From an uncultured delta proteobacterium (GTDB taxonomy: Bacteria; Myxococcota; Myxococcia; Myxococcales; Anaeromyxobacteraceae), in NCBI GenBank assembly GCA_963766715.1, contig CAVYBH010000017.1:89868-153867 (forward strand): a stretch of 64,000 nucleotides of DNA, written 5' to 3'. How positions within the stretch are numbered: position 1 is the stretch's first letter; every line of letters starts with the position of its first letter. Position numbers and translations under genes: made by a program. The notes beneath the pieces are model-generated. The model saw only the letters and a program-made list of their open reading frames with translations. It searched no databases and had not been told where the DNA came from. Shown piece after piece: positions 19,958-30,530 of this stretch.

Positions 19958-22603
19958 CTACCGGATGGTCACGGACTGCCCGGAGTCGAGTCCCGGTGGG
20001 ACGTCGAAGAGGGCGCCGCCCGCGAAGGTCGTGTAGTAGACCCGCCCCTTGTTCTCCTGGCCGATCAGGCTCTTGTCGAAGGTCGAGGAGCTCGTCCCGA
20101 CCGACGCGTTCAGGGGGCGGCGGGTGACCGGGGCGAATCCGCTGGCGGTGGAGAAGCTGACGCCAGCGTCGCGCGCCGGAGCGAGGTGGCGGGATCGCAG
20201 TCGGCTGGGGGTGATCGGGCTCTGGCAGTACGACCCGAGGGTGAACCCGACCACGGGGCCGGGCTCCATCGGGTCGAGCATCTCGGGGAAGCCCGTGTAG
20301 CAGCCGGGCTCGGAGATCGCAGGACTCGTAGTAGGCCGGGTACCAGAATCGCCGGGCCTTGCGGGCCACGAGCAGGGCCTCGCCGGACAGCGTCTCCTCG
20401 TCGGCCCATGCGAAGTTGTATCGCACGCCCAGTGCCGGTCGTCCCGCGTAGCCCGACGAGCTTCCGACCAGGACGAAGCCCCCCGCGCGGACCCAGACGC
20501 CCCTCAGGTAGGCGGTGGTGCTCGTGGTCACCGTCTGGAACGCCGTGAAGACGTTTCCGGGCTGCTGCCGAAGCGCGTCGACGAGGCAGGTGTACTCGGC
20601 CGCCAGCGTCGGATCGGTCGGCAGCGCGAGAAGCAGGGCCCCGGAGGGATAGAGCACCGGATCCGGCGGCGAGGAAGGAACCGATGGGCGCCTCGTGGGC
20701 CTGCGGCGGCTTGGTCGAGTCGTAGACCGGCGTCGTGGTGCCCGTCGGGACCCAGTTGGGCCGGGTGGGCGTGCAGGGGTCCGAGTCGAGGATGAACTGC
20801 GTGATGTCGCCCGTCTGCCCCGGGACGTCGGCGGCGTGGATGCCGAAGATGGGACTGGCGACCTCGAGCCCCGGGACCCACGGCGTGCTGGCCGGGAGCA
20901 CGCCCGAGGCGGGCGGGGAGTAGGCCTCCTGGAGCGCGACGTAGAGCGACGCTCCGTCCGCGGCGAGCCCGACGACGCCACGGCGGGTCGAGAGGGACGG
21001 GAGGACCCCCTGGTAGGACGCCAGCCAGGATTCACTTTTCGTGAATCCAGGCCAGATGGTGATGTCGTTGATCATCTCGAGGGGGTCGGTGTCGACGACG
21101 CCCTTCGAGGTCTGGAGCGCCACCGCGGAGGTGTTGTCCGGGAAGCCGAGCAGCGCCGTTCCCGCGGCCGGGCCGGCCGGTCCGACGGGGAGCGCCTTCA
21201 CGACCTGCGTGCGGGTCGTCGAATCGTTGAGCGCGGACACGAAGTCGAGCGGGCCGAACCGTCCGAGGTCGACGAGGAAGGTGTTGCCGTCCCCGGTCGC
21301 GACCAGCATGGAGGCGGTGGACCACCACAGGCTGCCTGCCGCGAGCTGCATGAACCTCTGCGCGATCCCGTTCCCGTTGAACAGGGCGAAGCCGCCTCCG
21401 GGAAGGCCCGCGTCCGGGCAGACCGGAAGCGGAGTTGCCGGGCGTGGCGGGCGAGAAGCAGACCTGGGATCCGTTCACGAGCCCCGGGGCGACCGTCCCC
21501 GGGTTCTCGGGCGGCATCGCGACCCCGACGGCGAGCGGGATGGAGGCCGAACGCATCGGAGCCCGGTAGGACTGCTTGGGCACGAAGCCGATGTCGGGCG
21601 CCGGATCGGCCGCCAGGCCTCCCCGCGCGGGGTCGAAGGTGGCGATCCCGCATTCGATCCGCTCCAGGGGTCCGCAGCCGGACGGGGCGATCGCGGCGTA
21701 GACGCGGAGGGCGGGGGCGTCGAAGTCCCACCAGGTCTCCACCTTGCGCTCGCCGACGATGGCCGCGGCGACCGACGTCGTGGGGGCGCGACCATCGAGG
21801 CCGCGAACGGGCCACGGCTGGGTCAGCCCGCCACTCGCGTCGACCTCGGCGATGCCGAAGACGGACGCCCCTCCGTGTCGGGCCGGGGATCGGGTCGCCG
21901 GTGGCGAGGTAGACGTGGAAGTTGTCCGGAGACGCGGAGATCGCCACCGCGTCGAACTCGAGCGGCTTCACCTGGGGCGCAGCCGGCGAGGACGATGGAG
22001 CCGCCGTCGCCTCGCGCGATCTCCAGGACCACGAGCTTCCCACCGCCGCCGGACGAGCCGCCGGACAGGGCCACGACGACCCAGGCCTTGCCCGGCGTCG
22101 CGGCGTACACGGGAGGCACCCCGGCCGGATCGCCGGACGGAACCGCGGTGACCGTCAGCGCGAGGATCTCGCTTCCCGACTCGACCAGGTTCGTCAGGTC
22201 CCACTGCTCGGCCACGGCGATGAGCGGCGTCCGGTTCACCGGCGTGTACCAGGTGCCCACGAGCTGGACGAGGAGCCCGCTGCTGGCCACGACGAGGGCG
22301 TCTGGCCCGCCGTCCTGGAGGGAGCCCGAGGCGAGGTGGAACGGGCGAGCCAAGCGTCGGGATCGAGAGCGGGAAGGCCAGGTTCGCGGATCGCTGGGGC
22401 CGGTCCGTCGCCGGGTCGATGAGCCGGAGCTCGTCTCCACGGCTGGACGCGACGGCGATCCAGGGCACCAGGCCGGTCGTCTCGTCTCCCGCTCCCCAGA
22501 AGCCGGCGACGGCAGCGGGACCGCGGAAGTCGGCGCTGAGTACCGTGGCGCCGTTGCTGCACGCGGTGGCCAGGAGCGCCATCAGGCCAAGAAGGCGCTT
22601 CAC
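19958..22603 (-). pseudogene. Large lipoprotein of unknown function (~880 aa); frame broken six times
   Basis: GTG 22603 overlaps the upstream stop (GTGA). Signal/lipobox: VKRLLGLMALLATAC. Continuous, non-repetitive, protein-like sequence can be followed through +1 jumps near 22350, 21975, 21870, 21415, 20664 and 20312 to TAG 19958. Pieces correspond to ORFs 21823..22440, 21198..22043, 21032..21742, 20110..21351, 19818..21035 and 19958..20281. I see no recognisable catalytic motif. Confidence 0.6.
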
Positions 22604-24085
22604 GGGCCCCTCCCGATGCGCTTCACGAGCGCGATCGATTCCGGCCGGTCGGGGTCCATCTCCAGGATGTTCACCCAGTTGTCGAGGAACGATCCCACGT
22701 AGAGCCGGTCGCAGGATCCCCCGATGACGCAGGGAGACGGCTCGTAGGGAGCCTCGGTGGGGGTCGAGGCGGGCACGGTGATGGCCCGCGCCGGGTCGAT
22801 GGGCTCGGCGGCGATCCCGAACGGCAGCCGGCCGAGGATGGGAACGCCGGTGTCGGGGTTGAGGCCGATGTAGCTCGTCACGAATCCCAGCTCCGCGTCG
22901 TAGATCACGAGCGAGCCTTCCTGGTCGCAGGTGAGCGCCACCAGGTCGCCCCGGCGCGCGACGCGGGGGCAGGACCTTGAGATCGCCAGTGCCCAGGCAG
23001 GTGGGCACGACCTGCCGCAGCGCCATCGACGGTTGCTGGTAGGCGTCGCGGGCGATGGAGAAGACCACGAGCGCCCCGCCCTCGAGCAGGAACGCGCCGG
23101 TGTTGGCGAGCAGGTCGGCATCGTAGAGATCCACGGCCAGGAAGAGGAGCAGGCCGTCGTTCGAGATCGCGACGGCGCGCGCCGAGGAGCCGAGCACGAC
23201 CCCGCTGGTCACGAAGGTATTGAATACCGGGAAGTCGTATCCACCCGAGGTCACGTTCTGGACGCTGGGGTTGATCCACCGGAGAGGAGCGAGCCCCCCG
23301 GTGGCGCCTCCGGAGATGAAGAGCCAGTCCCCGAGGGAAGCGTACGCGGCGCCGTAGGTCGGCGAGATCCCGAGGGCGAGGACGTTCACCGAGCCCGTCG
23401 CCAGGTCCATCCGGGTCAGCCATCCCTGGCTGCTGGGCCCACGCAGGTAGGTGAAGTACGCATCCGCCCGATCCGTTCCGCCGTTCGAGTTGCACACCGT
23501 CGCGACGCCGTACGGATCGAGGAGCTGGACGGCCTGCACGGAGGCGCACCCGGTCCCGCACGAGAGCGACCCGTCGGCCGGCATCTCCATCCGGTACAAG
23601 GTCTGGATGGCGCGGGAGCCGAGGAGCACCTGCGCGCCCCCCGCGGCCACCGCGGGGTCGGCGGACAGCTGCGAGCAGGCGGTGGGGCACTGGGGCCACC
23701 CGGGCGGGCAGGCCTGCTCGACCACGGCCACCTGCCCGCCGAAGCTCCCGATGCGCTGGAACCCGTTCGGATAGACGGCGAGGTCTCCGCCCAGGATGCT
23801 GTCCTGGGATGCGTCCGGGTCCACGACGAGGACCGTCCCGCCATCCGACTCCTGGTAGCGGAGGTCGAAGTTGGAGGAGACCACGACCAGCTGGCTCGAC
23901 CCGGCCGGCGTGGCGGTGGTCGGAGGCATCTGCCTCACCGCCAGTCCGACGGGGTAATAGAAGATGTCCGCAGGCGGCAGGACGACAGGGTAGGAGTCCC
24001 TGCAGCCGGCCGCCATCAGGAAGGCGAGGAGCGCGACAATCTTTGGGATTCGGGTCACCGGGAGCGCGAACCCTAAGCCCCGCAT
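22600..24085 (-). pseudogene. Lipoprotein of unknown function (~495 aa, possibly beta-propeller-like); frame broken once (~22967)
   Basis: ATG 24085. Signal/lipobox: MRGLGFALPVTRIPKIVALLAFLMAAGC. ORF 21968..24085 reads well up to ...LGTGDLKVLP. It then continues in ORF 22600..23121 as RVARRGDLVALTCDQEGSLVIYDAELGF...LVKRIGRGP* after one extra C in a CCCCC run. Confidence 0.65.
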
Positions 24086-24115
24086 CCCCCCAGGGTCAAG
24101 GGGAAACCGGGCGTT

Positions 24116-26230
24116 TCACGCCCCTCCCGTGGAACCCCCGGCGGGCGGCAACTCGGCCTGGATCTTCCGGAAGTCGGCGACGTCCGCGAAGAGGTCCGAC
24201 ACCCGCTTCATGATGCCGAGACGGTTGGCCCGCACGGCCGGTTCCTCGGCCATGACGAGCACCGCGTCGAAGAAAGCGTCGATGGCCGGCTTGAGCGAGG
24301 CCACCGCCCGGAGGACCGACGCGTAGTCGCGCGCGCGCCGGAAGGCGGCGACTTCCCCCTCGACCCGCTCGACCTCGTCGACGAGCACGGTCTCGGCGCC
24401 CGCGCCGAGGAGCCCGCGGTCGACGCCGGCGCCGGTCCCCTCCCCCGCCTTCTCGCGGATGTTGGCGACCCGCTTGAAGGCCACCGCCAGCGGGACGAAG
24501 TCGGGGCGGGTCTTCACGCTGGCCAGCGCCTCGAGGCGCCGGCGGGCGTCGACGACGTCGTCGAATCCGGCCGCCAGCACCGCATCGACGAGGTCGCCGT
24601 CGAACTCGTCGCTCCAGAGGGCGCGGAGACGCCCGCGCAGGAAGTCGAGGACCTGCGAGGCGACCACGGTCCGGTCGGCCGCCAGCCGGGCCCCGGCGAG
24701 CGCGTCCAGCGTCTGCTCGACGGCGCCCGCCAGCGACAGGTGGTACGCGCGCGCCTGGACGATGCGGAGGATCGCGATGGCCGCGCGGCGGAGGCCGTAG
24801 GGATCGGCGGCTCCCGTCGCCTTCTCGCCCACCCCGATGATCCCCACGAGCTGGTGGAATCGATCGGCCAGGCCCACCAGCGCCCCGAGGTCCCCGCGCG
24901 GCATCTCCTCGGAGGCGCCGACCGGCTTGTAGTGATCCTCAATCGCGTCGGCCACCTCGCCGCGGAGCCCTTCCAGGCGCGCGTAGTGGCCGCCCATCGT
25001 GCCCTGCAGCTCGGGGAACTCCCCGACCATCCCGGTGGTGAGATCCGTCTTGCACAGGCGCGCCGCCTCGAGCAGGTCGGGCACGAGGTCCTCGCGCCCC
25101 ATCGAGCGGGCCAGGCCGCTCGCCACCGAGCCGATGCGGTGGACGCGATCGAGCTCGCTGCCGAGGCGCGCCTGGTAGGTCCGGCGCCCCAGGTCCTCGA
25201 TCCGGTCGCGGAGCCGGCGCTTGCGGTCCTCCTCGAAGAAGAAGCGCGCGTCGGCGAGCCGGGCGCGCAGCACCCGCTCGTATCCGTGGCGGGCCACGGC
25301 GGGATCCCGGACGGCGGTGCCGGACACGGCGACGAAGCGGTTGGCCAGGCGGCCGTGCGCGTCGAGCACCGCGAAGTAGCGCTGGTGGTTGCGCATCTCC
25401 GAGATGACCACCTCGGGCGGCAGCTCGAGGTTCGACTTCTCGAAGGTCCCGGCGATGCCGGTGGGATGCTCGACGAGCCAGGTGACCTGCTCGACCAGCG
25501 GCTCGTCCGGGCGCAGGCTGCCCCCCGCCTTCCGGGCCGCCCGGGAGAGCTCCTGCTCGACGGCGGCGCGCCGCTCGACCGGGTCGACGATCACGTGCGC
25601 CTTGCGCAGCCGGGCGACGTAGTCCTCGGGCGCACCGGAGAGCGGAATGGCGCGCGGGGCGAGGAAGCGGTGGCCGGAGGTGACCTTCCCGCTCCGCACC
25701 TCCCCGTACTTCACCGGAAGTGCCTTGCCCCCCAGGAGCGCCACCATCCAGCGGACCGGGCGCGCGAAGGTGACCTCGTCCAGGCGGGACCGCATCGCCT
25801 TGCGGAAGCGGAGCCCGGCCACGAGCCGCTCGAGGAGCGCGGGCAGCACCTGCTCGGCCTTCCGCCCCTTCTCGACCTTCGTGACGGCGAGGCGCAGGCC
25901 CTTGGGCGTCTCGACGCGCTCGAGCGCGGCGACCTCGACGCCCTGGCTGCGCGCGAAGCCCGACGCGGCCGGCGTGGGGCTCCCCGACGCGTCGAAGGCC
26001 TGCGCCACCGGGGGGCCGAGGGCCTGGGTCCTGGAGTCGGCCTGGCGGGGCGCGAGGTCCCGGGCCCAGACCGCGAGCCGGCGGGGCGTCCCCACGGCCT
26101 TCACCTCGCCGTGCGGGAGTCGCGCGTCGTCGAGCGCCTTCCCCAGGTCCTGCGCCAGCTGCTGCAGCGCCGCCGGCGCGAAGCCCGCCGGGATCTCCTC
26201 GGTGCCGATCTCGAAAAGAAGGTCCGCCAT
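24116..26230 (-). CDS. glyS: Glycine--tRNA ligase beta subunit
   Basis: Intact 704-aa ORF. MADLLFEIGTEEIPAGF..., RFFFEED and the HD-like C-terminal region are typical of GlyS. It sits directly downstream of glyQ. Confidence 0.95.
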   Translation of the reverse strand: MADLLFEIGTEEIPAGFAPAALQQLAQDLGKALDDARLPHGEVKAVGTPRRLAVWARDLAPRQADSRTQALGPPVAQAFDASGSPTPAASGFARSQGVEVAALERVETPKGLRLAVTKVEKGRKAEQVLPALLERLVAGLRFRKAMRSRLDEVTFARPVRWMVALLGGKALPVKYGEVRSGKVTSGHRFLAPRAIPLSGAPEDYVARLRKAHVIVDPVERRAAVEQELSRAARKAGGSLRPDEPLVEQVTWLVEHPTGIAGTFEKSNLELPPEVVISEMRNHQRYFAVLDAHGRLANRFVAVSGTAVRDPAVARHGYERVLRARLADARFFFEEDRKRRLRDRIEDLGRRTYQARLGSELDRVHRIGSVASGLARSMGREDLVPDLLEAARLCKTDLTTGMVGEFPELQGTMGGHYARLEGLRGEVADAIEDHYKPVGASEEMPRGDLGALVGLADRFHQLVGIIGVGEKATGAADPYGLRRAAIAILRIVQARAYHLSLAGAVEQTLDALAGARLAADRTVVASQVLDFLRGRLRALWSDEFDGDLVDAVLAAGFDDVVDARRRLEALASVKTRPDFVPLAVAFKRVANIREKAGEGTGAGVDRGLLGAGAETVLVDEVERVEGEVAAFRRARDYASVLRAVASLKPAIDAFFDAVLVMAEEPAVRANRLGIMKRVSDLFADVADFRKIQAELPPAGGSTGGA

Positions 26231-26239
26231 GCCCGCCTC

Positions 26240-27172
26240 CTACTTCCTGGCCTCGGCCGCTTCGCGGGCCGCGCGCGCCGCCTCGACCGCCGCCTTGCGC
26301 TCGCGCGCCGGCAGCATGGGGAATCCCAGGGCCTCGCGCGAGGCCAGGTAGCCCCTCGCGCACTGGTGCGCGAGCGCGCGGACCCGGCCGATGTAGGCGG
26401 CCCGCTCGGTCACGCTGATGGCGCCGCGCGCGTCGAGCATGTTGAACGCGTGGGAGCACTTCAGGCACTGGTCGTACGCGGGCAGCGGCAGGCCGGCCTC
26501 GATGAGCCGCCTGCACTCCGCCTCGTGCATGTCGAACAGCCCGAAGAGCATCTTCGGGTCGCTCTGCCGGAAGGCGTACTCGCTCATCTCCACCTCGTTG
26601 CGGTGGAAGACCTCGCGGTACTTGACCCCCTTCACCCACTCGACGTCGAAGACGTTCTCCACGTCCTGCAGGTACATGGCGATGCGCTCGAGGCCGTAGG
26701 TCAGCTCGGCCGCCACCGGCTTCACCTCGAAGCCGCCGGCCTGCTGGAAGTAGGTGTACTGGGTGATCTCCATCCCGTCGCACCACACCTCCCAGCCGAG
26801 TCCCCAGGCGCCCAGCGTCGGGCTCTCCCAGTCGTCCTCGACGAAGCGGATGTCGTGCGCCTTCGGATCGATGCCGATGGCGCGCAGCGACCCCAGGTAG
26901 AGCTCCTGGGTGTCCGGCGGGTTGGGCTTCAGGATCACCTGGAACTGGTGGTGCTGGAACAGGCGGTTCGGATTGTCGCCGAAGCGTCCGTCGGCCGGGC
27001 GCCGGGAGGGCTCGACGTACGCCACCTTCCACGGCTCGGGACCGAGCACGCGCAGGAAGGTCGCCGGGTTCATCGTCCCCGCTCCGACCTCGAGGTCGTA
27101 GCCCTGGGCGAGGATGCAGCCCTGCTTCGCCCAGTAGGTCTGGAGCTTGAGGATGAGGTCCTGGAAGGTCAC
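26240..27172 (-). CDS. glyQ: Glycine--tRNA ligase alpha subunit
   Basis: GTG 27172 gives (M)[18 protein letters not shown]...[23 protein letters not shown]...[22 protein letters not shown], the highly conserved GlyQ core. The upstream part of ORF 26240..28060 is a shadow. Confidence 0.9.
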   Translation of the reverse strand: MTFQDLILKLQTYWAKQGCILAQGYDLEVGAGTMNPATFLRVLGPEPWKVAYVEPSRRPADGRFGDNPNRLFQHHQFQVILKPNPPDTQELYLGSLRAIGIDPKAHDIRFVEDDWESPTLGAWGLGWEVWCDGMEITQYTYFQQAGGFEVKPVAAELTYGLERIAMYLQDVENVFDVEWVKGVKYREVFHRNEVEMSEYAFRQSDPKMLFGLFDMHEAECRRLIEAGLPLPAYDQCLKCSHAFNMLDARGAISVTERAAYIGRVRALAHQCARGYLASREALGFPMLPARERKAAVEAARAAREAAEARK

Positions 27173-27264
27173 GCGCTGCCCTCGCTTTCGAGCCCCCGGC
27201 CGCTGCCGGGCCCTCCTTCGTAGGTCCCCGCGGCGGCTGCTGTCAAACGGTTCCTGGGCGCGCC

Positions 27265-28020
27265 CTACGCTCCGGAGAGGAACGGGCCGACCTCGTCGAG
27301 GAAGCGGCGCGCCAGGAGACGCTTGCCGAGCTGGTGCTCGAGGTAGGTGCCCAGGATCGTCCTGGCCCGGGCCGCCGTCGACGCGGGCGCCTCCGCCGGC
27401 TCCCCTCGCTGGAGGCGGCGGAGGGCCGCGAGCGCGTCTGCGGGGACCTCCGGGGATCCGGGCGCGGCGAACGGAAGGCAGTCCGCGCAGAGCACGCCGC
27501 CCTGCGCCGGGTCGAAGCGCGTGGGCGCGTCTCCGGAGGGACGGCCGCAGCGCGCGCAGCCGTCGAGCGAGGGCATGAGACCCGCCGCCCGCAGCGCGTC
27601 GAGCTCGAAGCGGCGAAGGTCCCACGGCTCGGCCGGGGCCGCGTCGAGCCGCTCGAGGTAGGACACGACGCGGTCGAAGAGGTCCTCGTGGGGCTCGGCG
27701 TCCCGCACCAGCTCTCGCGCCAGCTCGACCGCGTAGCTCGCGCAGGCGATGCGAGCCAGGTCGCCTCGCACGGCGCCGAAGGCCCGCTCGACCTGGGCGC
27801 TCTCCAGCACCCAGAGGTCGCCGCCTCGCTCGGTCAGCTCCGTGGAGAGGAGGTTGAAGGGCTCGAGCGCGCCGCCGAAGCGCCGCTGGGACGACCGGGC
27901 GCCGCGCGCGAAGGCCGAGAGCTTTCCCCGCTCCCGGCTGAGCAGCGTCACCACCCGGTCCCGCTCGCCGTAGTCCACCGTGCGGAGCACGACCGCGAGG
28001 AGCTTCGCGGAGCGGGGCAC
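27265..28020 (-). CDS. recO: DNA repair protein RecO
   Basis: GTG 28020 lies 8 nt after the upstream TAG. OB-fold N-terminus: [39 protein letters not shown]-terminal zinc motif: CARCGRP...CADC. Confidence 0.85.
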   Translation of the reverse strand: MPRSAKLLAVVLRTVDYGERDRVVTLLSRERGKLSAFARGARSSQRRFGGALEPFNLLSTELTERGGDLWVLESAQVERAFGAVRGDLARIACASYAVELARELVRDAEPHEDLFDRVVSYLERLDAAPAEPWDLRRFELDALRAAGLMPSLDGCARCGRPSGDAPTRFDPAQGGVLCADCLPFAAPGSPEVPADALAALRRLQRGEPAEAPASTAARARTILGTYLEHQLGKRLLARRFLDEVGPFLSGA

Positions 28021-28028
28021 GGCCGGGC

Positions 28029-28557
28029 CTAGGGCGCGCCCGGGGCGCGGTACGGGGCACGCTCGCTCGACTTGTGCCCGCGGATCTCGCCGGCGCCGCT
28101 CGAACGCCGGAAACCCACCGCGACGGCCGCCGCGACGAGCAGCGCCACCACGGCGGCGGCGATCACCAGCCGGCGGGAGGGGGCCCGGGCTCCGGGGCCA
28201 CGGCGCCGAGGGGGCACGCGCCGAGGGGGCACGGACCGCGGGCGTCCGCGCGGCCGGAGCGACCTCCGGAACGTCCACGCCGGCCGCCTCCTGGAAGCGG
28301 AGCACCACGTCGTCGGCGTCGAGCCCCACGGCGCCCGAGTAGCTCCTCAGGTAGCCGACCAGGTAGCCGCGGGGCGGCATCCGGTCCGGATCGCCCGCCT
28401 CGATGGCCTCGATCACGGCGGGGGCGAGGCGGGTCACCCGGGCCACGTCGTCCGGGGAGAGCCCGCGGAGCTCGCGCTCGCGCAGGAGGTACCTGCCGAA
28501 GGCCCGCACCGGCTCGGCGCGGGGATCCACGGGGGAGCCGGGAGTTCCGTCGGTCAC
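28029..28557 (-). pseudogene. RodZ-like protein (XRE-type HTH plus single TM); frame broken once somewhere in 28150-28260
   Basis: GTG 28557 overlaps the upstream stop (GTGA). HTH region: FGRYLLRERELRGLSPDDVARVTRLAPAVIEAIEAG. A TM helix [20 protein letters not shown] and stop TAG 28029 are found only in the +1 frame (ORF 28029..28232). The break lies in a low-complexity linker, so I cannot place it exactly. Confidence 0.55.
28203..28232. repeat. Perfect 15-bp tandem duplication (gcgccgagggggcac x2)
   Basis: Read directly at 28203-28217 and 28218-28232. On the minus strand it encodes VPPRR-VPPRR (or RAPSA-RAPSA in the other frame) within the RodZ-like linker. Confidence 0.9.
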
Positions 28558-29307
28558 TTCAGCTGCTCGCCGCTCTTGCGGCAATCCTCGCCGAGCGGCG
28601 TCCCCTGGGCCAGCTCGGCGCACTTCTGGAACGAATCGCGGGCTCGCCCGACCTGGCCGGCCCGGAGCAACGCCTGGGCCAGCTGCTGGTGGGCGTCGGC
28701 GGCCTTGTCGCAGGTTCGCGCGTACTGCTCGAAGGAGCCGACCGCATCCTTCACCTGCCCGTCGGCGAGCTGGATCCGGCCGAGCTCGCGCCAGCCCTGG
28801 CAGTACTTGGGCTGGAAGTTGAGGCAGGCGCGGAGCTCCGCCACTCCCTCCTCCTTCTTTCCCATGCGCCAGAGCGCCTGGCCCTTGTTGCAGCGGGCCA
28901 CCCAGGGCTCCCGGTACAGCATGATCGAGCTCGCGGCGTCGAACTCCTTCACCGCCTCCTCGAGCCGCCCGGTCTGCGCCAGGAGCTGACCCAGGTTGTT
29001 GTGCGCCTCGGCCAAGCGTCGGCTTGAGCAGGATGGCCTGGCGGTACTCGGCCTCCGCCTCGTCGAGCTTGCCGAAGCCCTGCTCGAGGACGAAGCCGCG
29101 GCCCAGGTGGGCCTCGGCCAGGTTCGGGTCGTACTTCAGCGCCTCGTCGTAGGACTTGAGGGCCTCCTGCGGACGCCCGGCTCGCACGGCCTCGGCGCCC
29201 AGGTCGTTGTGCACGACGGCCGAGTCCTTGTCGCGGGCGCTCGGCCCGTGGGCGCATGCCGCGGAGAGGGCGAGGAGGAAGGGAACCGCCAGCCGGAGGG
29301 TGCGCAT
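28554..29307 (-). pseudogene. TPR-repeat lipoprotein (PilF/PilW/Tgl-like); frame broken once (~29014)
   Basis: ATG 29307. Signal/lipobox: MRTLRLAVPFLLALSAAC. TPR repeats run up to ...YRQAILLKPTL, then continue in ORF 28554..29015 as AEAHNNLGQLLAQTGRLEEAVKEF...CRKSGEQLK* after a +1 jump. Confidence 0.7.
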
Positions 29308-29309
29308 GG

Positions 29310-29774
29310 TCAGACGCTCGCCAGGAGGCGGGCGATTCGCTCCGAGGGACGGGTGTCGGAGGCTTCTCCCCCGCTGGACGGCCCGGGCGCGCGGGGCGGC
29401 TGGAAGGCCGGGACGCGCTTCAGGGTCTCCACCTGCTGGGGGTGGGCGAGGTTCCGGAAGTTGAGGTTGTCGAGCATGAAGCCCATGGACTCCAGGAAGT
29501 GGAGCCCCTCGATCTCGACCTCGCGGTACTCCTCCATGCCGACCTCCCGCCGGTCGCTGGCGTACACGACGTTCTCGTGGGACTTGGCGAGGAACAGCGA
29601 GACGTAGATCGAGAAGGTGCCGTTCGGGTTCCGCAGGCCGCAGAGGAAGCCCTGGACCGCCTGGGGCTCCTTGCCCGGGATGGAGACCTGGGGCTGGTTG
29701 ATGCTCTCCACGAGCGCGACGACCTGCTCGCGACTGGCGGGGATGAAGAGGATGCTCGGATCGGGCTCGAACAC
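29310..29774 (-). CDS. Hypothetical protein (~154 aa)
   Basis: GTG 29774 is preceded by GAGGAG. The sequence is protein-like and not low-complexity (FIPASREQVVALVESINQ...FSIYVSLFLAKSHENVVYASDRREVGMEEYREVEIEGLHFLESMGFMLDNLNF). I recognise no family. The stop lies 2 nt before the TPR gene start. Confidence 0.5.
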   Translation of the reverse strand: MFEPDPSILFIPASREQVVALVESINQPQVSIPGKEPQAVQGFLCGLRNPNGTFSIYVSLFLAKSHENVVYASDRREVGMEEYREVEIEGLHFLESMGFMLDNLNFRNLAHPQQVETLKRVPAFQPPRAPGPSSGGEASDTRPSERIARLLASV

Positions 29775-29875
29775 GCTGCTCCTCGTCGCGCCCGGAGGCG
29801 CGACCGTTTGGCGCCGTGCCTCCGGTAGGTAGCCTCCCCCGCGCGGGCGCGTCAAGTTCCCCGCGAGGCTCCCGG

Positions 29876-30508
29876 TCAGACTCCCGTGGCCTCCGCGCCC
29901 CAGATGACCTTGTGCAGCTGGAGGTTGAGGCGCGCCTTCAGCCCCGCCTCGAGCATCCACCGGGCCAGGTCCTTCGGGTCCACGCGTCCCAGGACGGGTC
30001 CGACGAGGACCGCGACGCGGTCCTCGAGCCCGTGGCTGCGGATCACGTCGAGCGACCAGCGAAAGTCGGCCTCGGAGGAGACGACGAACTTCACCTCGTC
30101 GACCGGGCGCAGGCGCGCCAGCCAGGAGAGGTCGGTGGCCGGCTCGCCCGACTCCGGCGTCTTCACGTCGGCGATGCGCACCACCCCGGCGGGGAGGCCG
30201 TCGAGCGGGAGCTGCCCGTGGGTCTCGACGGCCACCTCGTAGCCCCGGTCGAGCAGGGCCTGCGCCAGCCCGGGAAGGTCGCGCTGGAGCATGGGCTCGC
30301 CCCCGGTGAGCAGGACGAAGCGGCAGGGGTGGCGGGCCACCTCCGCCAGGATCTCCGCCTGGCTCGCCTCGGCGCCGCCGGTGAAGGCGTAGGCGGTGTC
30401 GCAGTAGTTGCACCGCAGGTCACAGCCGGTGAAGCGCACGAAGACGCAGGGGCGCCCCGCGCGCGTGCCCTCCCCCTGGATGCTGAAGAAGATCTCGGTG
30501 ACCCGCAT
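29876..30508 (-). CDS. queE: 7-carboxy-7-deazaguanine synthase (radical SAM)
   Basis: Intact 210-aa ORF. MRVTEIFFSIQGEGTRAGRPCVFVRFTGCDLRCNYCDT carries the QueE N-terminal signature and cluster motif. Also present: LTGGEP and NLQLHKVIW. Confidence 0.85.
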   Translation of the reverse strand: MRVTEIFFSIQGEGTRAGRPCVFVRFTGCDLRCNYCDTAYAFTGGAEASQAEILAEVARHPCRFVLLTGGEPMLQRDLPGLAQALLDRGYEVAVETHGQLPLDGLPAGVVRIADVKTPESGEPATDLSWLARLRPVDEVKFVVSSEADFRWSLDVIRSHGLEDRVAVLVGPVLGRVDPKDLARWMLEAGLKARLNLQLHKVIWGAEATGV

Positions 30509-30530
30509 GGCTGCGACCGGTCCCGGGATC

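Noticed and set aside
28203-28232. The 15-bp tandem duplication as the cause of the RodZ-like frame break
   Set aside because: Fifteen is a multiple of three, so the duplication cannot change the frame. The break must be a separate single-base event nearby.
27265-29307. 680-aa ORF spanning TPR, HTH and RecO sequences
   Set aside because: These are three separate genes that share a frame because stops are rare at this GC content and two frame breaks removed the real stops. Internal starts at GTG 28557 and GTG 28020 follow or overlap the true stops.
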